Below are positions 60,638 to 64,000 of a DNA stretch of 64,000 nt, in pieces (within the stretch, counting starts at the first letter, position 1; each line of letters begins with the position of its first letter). Made by a program: the position numbers and the translations under genes. The notes below the pieces were generated by a model. The model searched no databases. It was not told the origin of the DNA and was given only the letters and a program-made list of their open reading frames with translations. The DNA comes from Desulfatiglandales bacterium (GTDB taxonomy: Bacteria; Desulfobacterota; DSM-4660; Desulfatiglandales; Desulfatiglandaceae), in the NCBI GenBank assembly GCA_963662465.1, contig OY759599.1:4672001-4736000 (forward strand). Reading direction: 5' to 3'.

Positions 60638-61597
60638 TTAGCGCGGATGTCTGTATGCCTGACATTCCTCCCACATCAAGCCCCGTATCAACCTCAGGGT
60701 TTTATAATCAAGCGGGTTGAAAGCGCCCCGATAGGCCGCAACGGCAGCGCATCCGCAACGGGAACAATCGGCCTGCTCTCCATAGGTGCAGGCCTTGGGC
60801 CGACCATCGGACTTGAAACAGCGAACCCGCCGGCTCACCGGGCAGGTTGACAGGCTGTTCCATTGATTGAAAGCGCCCTGGGTCAGCAACTGCCGGGCCA
60901 TGGCCGACGTAAAACCCACTTTTTCGCCATATTTCTCCCTAAGCCGGAGCAGTTTTTTCACCAGATGATCCCGTTGGTTCAAGGGAATAAAAAGATTTTC
61001 GTTTTCCTCTTCCCGGTTGGGCGTAAAAAAAGAAAACCCCATCCCCTTGATGGGCAGCGTCATCATTTCCCTTACAAATGCTTCCAGACTGTCTCGGTTC
61101 AGATTGGAAATGGTCATATGGACGATGGGAGGACGGGAGGCATGTTCCAGATTTCCAACCGCCTTTCGGTATACGCCCGTCCCGCGAATGCGGTCATTTT
61201 CCTTCTCGGGTCCATCCAGGGATAGTATCCACTGGCCGTTTTCCAGCTCTGGAAATCCATTCATGCCATTGGTAAAGGCCAGGGTGGCATCAAAAATCCG
61301 GTCCGCGGCCCGGCAGATTTCCGGCCGAAGGGTGGGTTCCCCACCATACAGGATAGCGGCCCGCAGGCCTTGGCGCCGCAGATCTTTCATAAATGCAATC
61401 ATGTGCCGATCATCCAGCTCCTGGAAATGTTCCTGTTTCCACCAGTAACAGTGAAGGCACTTCAAGTTGCATTTATGGGTAATGTCAATGGCAACGGATG
61501 TGGGTCGTTTCGTAAAAAGCCACCTGCCAAGGATCGCAAGTTTTCCGAAGGTTAAGCGCATGGATGGGGAACTATCCCATTCTTTTTGAAATCGCAA
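60638..61597 (-). CDS. Radical SAM protein with a Cys-rich C-terminus
   Basis: CNLKCLHC, GGEP, SLDG, HD-like NDRIRG, C..C..CSRCGC. Confidence 0.88.
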   Translation of the reverse strand: MRFQKEWDSSPSMRLTFGKLAILGRWLFTKRPTSVAIDITHKCNLKCLHCYWWKQEHFQELDDRHMIAFMKDLRRQGLRAAILYGGEPTLRPEICRAADRIFDATLAFTNGMNGFPELENGQWILSLDGPEKENDRIRGTGVYRKAVGNLEHASRPPIVHMTISNLNRDSLEAFVREMMTLPIKGMGFSFFTPNREEENENLFIPLNQRDHLVKKLLRLREKYGEKVGFTSAMARQLLTQGAFNQWNSLSTCPVSRRVRCFKSDGRPKACTYGEQADCSRCGCAAVAAYRGAFNPLDYKTLRLIRGLMWEECQAYRHPR

Positions 61598-61757
61598 GGG
61601 AAATCTTGATATTCTGTTGGGCTCGGGCTATAAGATTTATATTGAGTACCTGAATGAAAACCTCGTTCAGGCACAGTTTTAAGTTTTAAGTTTTAAGTAA
61701 AAAAACAAACCCATATCATCTAATTGTGAATCTCTAACGAAAATTGGAAAACCCGAC

Positions 61758-62318
61758 ATGACCCTGGCCAACAAAATCACCCTTTTCAGGATTCTACTTA
61801 TTCCCGTTTTTATCATCTTCACCATTCCCGCGGCCACCTGGGCGAAATTCGTGGCGGCGTCCATCTTTGTCATTGCCTGCGCCACAGACCCGCTGGACGG
61901 CTATTTCGCCCGCAGCCGAAGCGAGGTCAGCACCCTGGGCATCTTCCTGGATCCCCTGGCCGACAAGCTACTCATCATGAGTGCCTTTGTGATTCTGGTG
62001 AAATACCAGGTGGTGGCCGCCTGGATGGTGATCATTATTATTGCCAGGGAGGTCTCCATTACCGGATTGCGGGCCATTGTGTCCCAGCAGGCCGGAATTG
62101 CCATCTCAGCCAGTCAGTGGGGGAAAATCAAGACCATCACCCAAATGGTGGGGGGCACTGTTTTGCTGTACATGATCCCATCCGGAGACTATAGCCGTCA
62201 GGTGAGCCTGCTGCTTCCCCCGGTGGCCAACATCATCATGACGGTTATCCTGGTGACCACGGTTTGGTCGGGGTGGAAATATTTCCAAAGCTATTGGGAC
62301 CGGCTCAAGGAATGTTGA
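61758..62318 (+). CDS. pgsA: CDP-diacylglycerol-glycerol-3-phosphate 3-phosphatidyltransferase
   Basis: ANKIT, DPLDGYFAR..G..LDPLADK, REVSITGLR, GKIKT. Confidence 0.93.
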   Translation: MTLANKITLFRILLIPVFIIFTIPAATWAKFVAASIFVIACATDPLDGYFARSRSEVSTLGIFLDPLADKLLIMSAFVILVKYQVVAAWMVIIIIAREVSITGLRAIVSQQAGIAISASQWGKIKTITQMVGGTVLLYMIPSGDYSRQVSLLLPPVANIIMTVILVTTVWSGWKYFQSYWDRLKEC

Positions 62319-62321
62319 AAA

Positions 62322-64000
62322 ATGACAGCGCCCGTAGAAAGCACCGGGGAGTCCCCCGGCCTGCAACCTCAATCGTTCAGAACGCCCGGATTAACCCCGG
62401 ATGGCCTTGAAATTCCAGCGATGGCAAAGGATATCCTCAGACGCCTTGCCATCCTTTCATACAAACGAACCCATCCTTGTTTCTGGGTTGTTTTCATCGG
62501 CGGCACCGGAACGGGAAAATCCACACTCTTTAACGCCTTTTGTGGGAAGGCACTGAGTGCTACCGGCGTTGAACGGCCCAAAACCGCGGGCCCCGTCGCC
62601 CACGCACACAGCCAATGCTGCCTTGAACAGGCTTTTCCCTTCCCGGAAATTAAAGTGGAACAGATGGTCCCCGAAGATGTCGGCGTTCCCTGTGCCGGAA
62701 AACCCGGACGTTTGGCGGTTCTCAGTCCGGACGAACCAGCTGGGTCACGGTCACATCTGGTTCTGGTGGACACGCCCGATCTGGACAGCGTCCAAGAGGA
62801 AAACCACCGCATCGCAAAAGATCTCTATGACCTGTCCGATGCGGTTGTCTTTGTGGCCAGCCAGGAAAAATATGCGGACGAGGTGCTGCACGACTTTTTC
62901 AGACAGGTGCTTCAGGACGAAAGACCCTACTTTTTTGTTCTCAACAAGGCGTCATCGGAAACCACCCGTGAAGAGGTATTGAAAGCTCTTCAGGGGCAGG
63001 GATTGGATATTCACGGGGCAAGACTGTGGTTGATCCCCTACACGTCGCCCGGCGTTTATGACAGCATTCGAGAACAAAAAGCCTTCATGCGACTGATGGA
63101 CGCTTTTTTTCAGGCATTTTCAGAAAAACAGGCGCGGAGTTTGAGGCTCGGCGCGAATGCCGGGGCAACAAAACTTCTGAAGAAGGATATTTCAAGAATT
63201 CTGGAGCTTCTGGACCGGGAGGCCCGCACCGCAGATGGATGGTTACACCAGCTTCAGGAGATGACCCACCAGGCGTCACTGGCATATATTCACAATCAGA
63301 AGGAAATATTTTCAAAAACCAGCGGCCAATACCTGGGTGCGGAGATTCGAAAACTTTTCTCACGATACGATCTTCTGGCCAAGCCACGCCGGTTTGTGCG
63401 AGAGATCATGGTAGCGCCATTGCGGTTATTCGGTTTTAACCCCAAGCAAAAAAAAGCGGATCGGCAGGCCGGATTGTTGAAGGTACGGGAAAACGTCGCG
63501 TTTATTCCGGTTCAGGAGGCCCTTGCAAAATACAATCGTTCGGTTTTGGAAAATCTTTCCCCTCTCGACGAAAAATCCCCTCTCTTTAAAGCGTTAAGGG
63601 AACCGGATCGGGTGCTTACGGAACAGGAAATTCGGCATTACATCCTTGAGGCACAGGAAAATCTGGCCCAATGGCTGGAAGAAACCTTCGAGGCATTGGC
63701 AAAAGGCATCCCCAAGGGGAAAAAGGTGGGCATTTATTCCACCTCGATTCTTTGGGGAATTCTCATTTTGACCTTTGAGGTGGCCGTGGGGGGTGGATTT
63801 ACGATGATTGATGCGGCCCTCGATTCCGCCCTGGCCCCATTTGTCACCAAGGGAGCCGTGGAAGTTTTTGCCTATCATGAAATCCGAAAGATAGCCGGAG
63901 AACTGGCCACCCGCTACCAGGAGGGACTTTTGTCCATTTTGCGCCGACAAGAAGACCGCTATGTTGCCGGCCTGAAGCATCTGATGACCACCGACGAAAC
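62322..64000 (+). CDS. Dynamin/Era-like GTPase (partial, runs off the window end)
   Basis: Manual translation gives GGTGTGKS (G1), RPKT (G2), DTPDLDS (G3), LNKA (G4), and later a hydrophobic segment. Confidence 0.85.
   Translation, partial: MTAPVESTGESPGLQPQSFRTPGLTPDGLEIPAMAKDILRRLAILSYKRTHPCFWVVFIGGTGTGKSTLFNAFCGKALSATGVERPKTAGPVAHAHSQCCLEQAFPFPEIKVEQMVPEDVGVPCAGKPGRLAVLSPDEPAGSRSHLVLVDTPDLDSVQEENHRIAKDLYDLSDAVVFVASQEKYADEVLHDFFRQVLQDERPYFFVLNKASSETTREEVLKALQGQGLDIHGARLWLIPYTSPGVYDSIREQKAFMRLMDAFFQAFSEKQARSLRLGANAGATKLLKKDISRILELLDREARTADGWLHQLQEMTHQASLAYIHNQKEIFSKTSGQYLGAEIRKLFSRYDLLAKPRRFVREIMVAPLRLFGFNPKQKKADRQAGLLKVRENVAFIPVQEALAKYNRSVLENLSPLDEKSPLFKALREPDRVLTEQEIRHYILEAQENLAQWLEETFEALAKGIPKGKKVGIYSTSILWGILILTFEVAVGGGFTMIDAALDSALAPFVTKGAVEVFAYHEIRKIAGELATRYQEGLLSILRRQEDRYVAGLKHLMTTDE

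Noticed and set aside
1..64000. tRNA or rRNA genes
   Set aside because: No cloverleaf or rRNA signature recognised by eye.

Overview
Bacterial genomic DNA, probably from Desulfobacterota (an inference from gene content and order). It has three parts. (1) Positions 1-39.9 kb are a decaying signal-transduction island, mostly on the minus strand. It carries a CheB/CheR fusion, about 12 PAS/GAF sensor or hybrid kinases or their remnants, response regulators, a GGDEF cyclase, an HD-GYP regulator, a HEAT-cheR-cheY-cheA/cheB cluster and a collapsed gcv operon. Many of these genes have precise internal deletions, nonsense codons or frameshifts. Small AT-rich toxin-antitoxin-type cassettes sit tail-to-tail against kinase 3' ends. 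The most striking feature is a system of polar 7-bp tandem repeats. G/T-rich arrays sit at or across most stop codons, and C/A-rich arrays sit near starts. Paired arrays are inserted in-frame into the same HATPase loop of three kinases, and unit number decides the reading frame in at least two places. A 34-bp copy of one such junction flanks a TA cassette as a direct repeat, and a 104-bp MITE with a 10-bp target duplication interrupts a receiver domain. (2) Positions 40.1-50.3 kb hold intact housekeeping genes: dprA, topA, a KptA-like gene, pncB, radA, yfdX-like and nth. (3) Positions 50.4-54.5 kb are a degraded integron (transposase and intI remnants, attC sites, HipA and PIN modules). It is followed by amrA, a membrane spermidine-synthase-like gene, amrS, an AAA ATPase, a radical SAM gene, pgsA and a partial GTPase. 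All family assignments come from reading motifs; no database searches were run.
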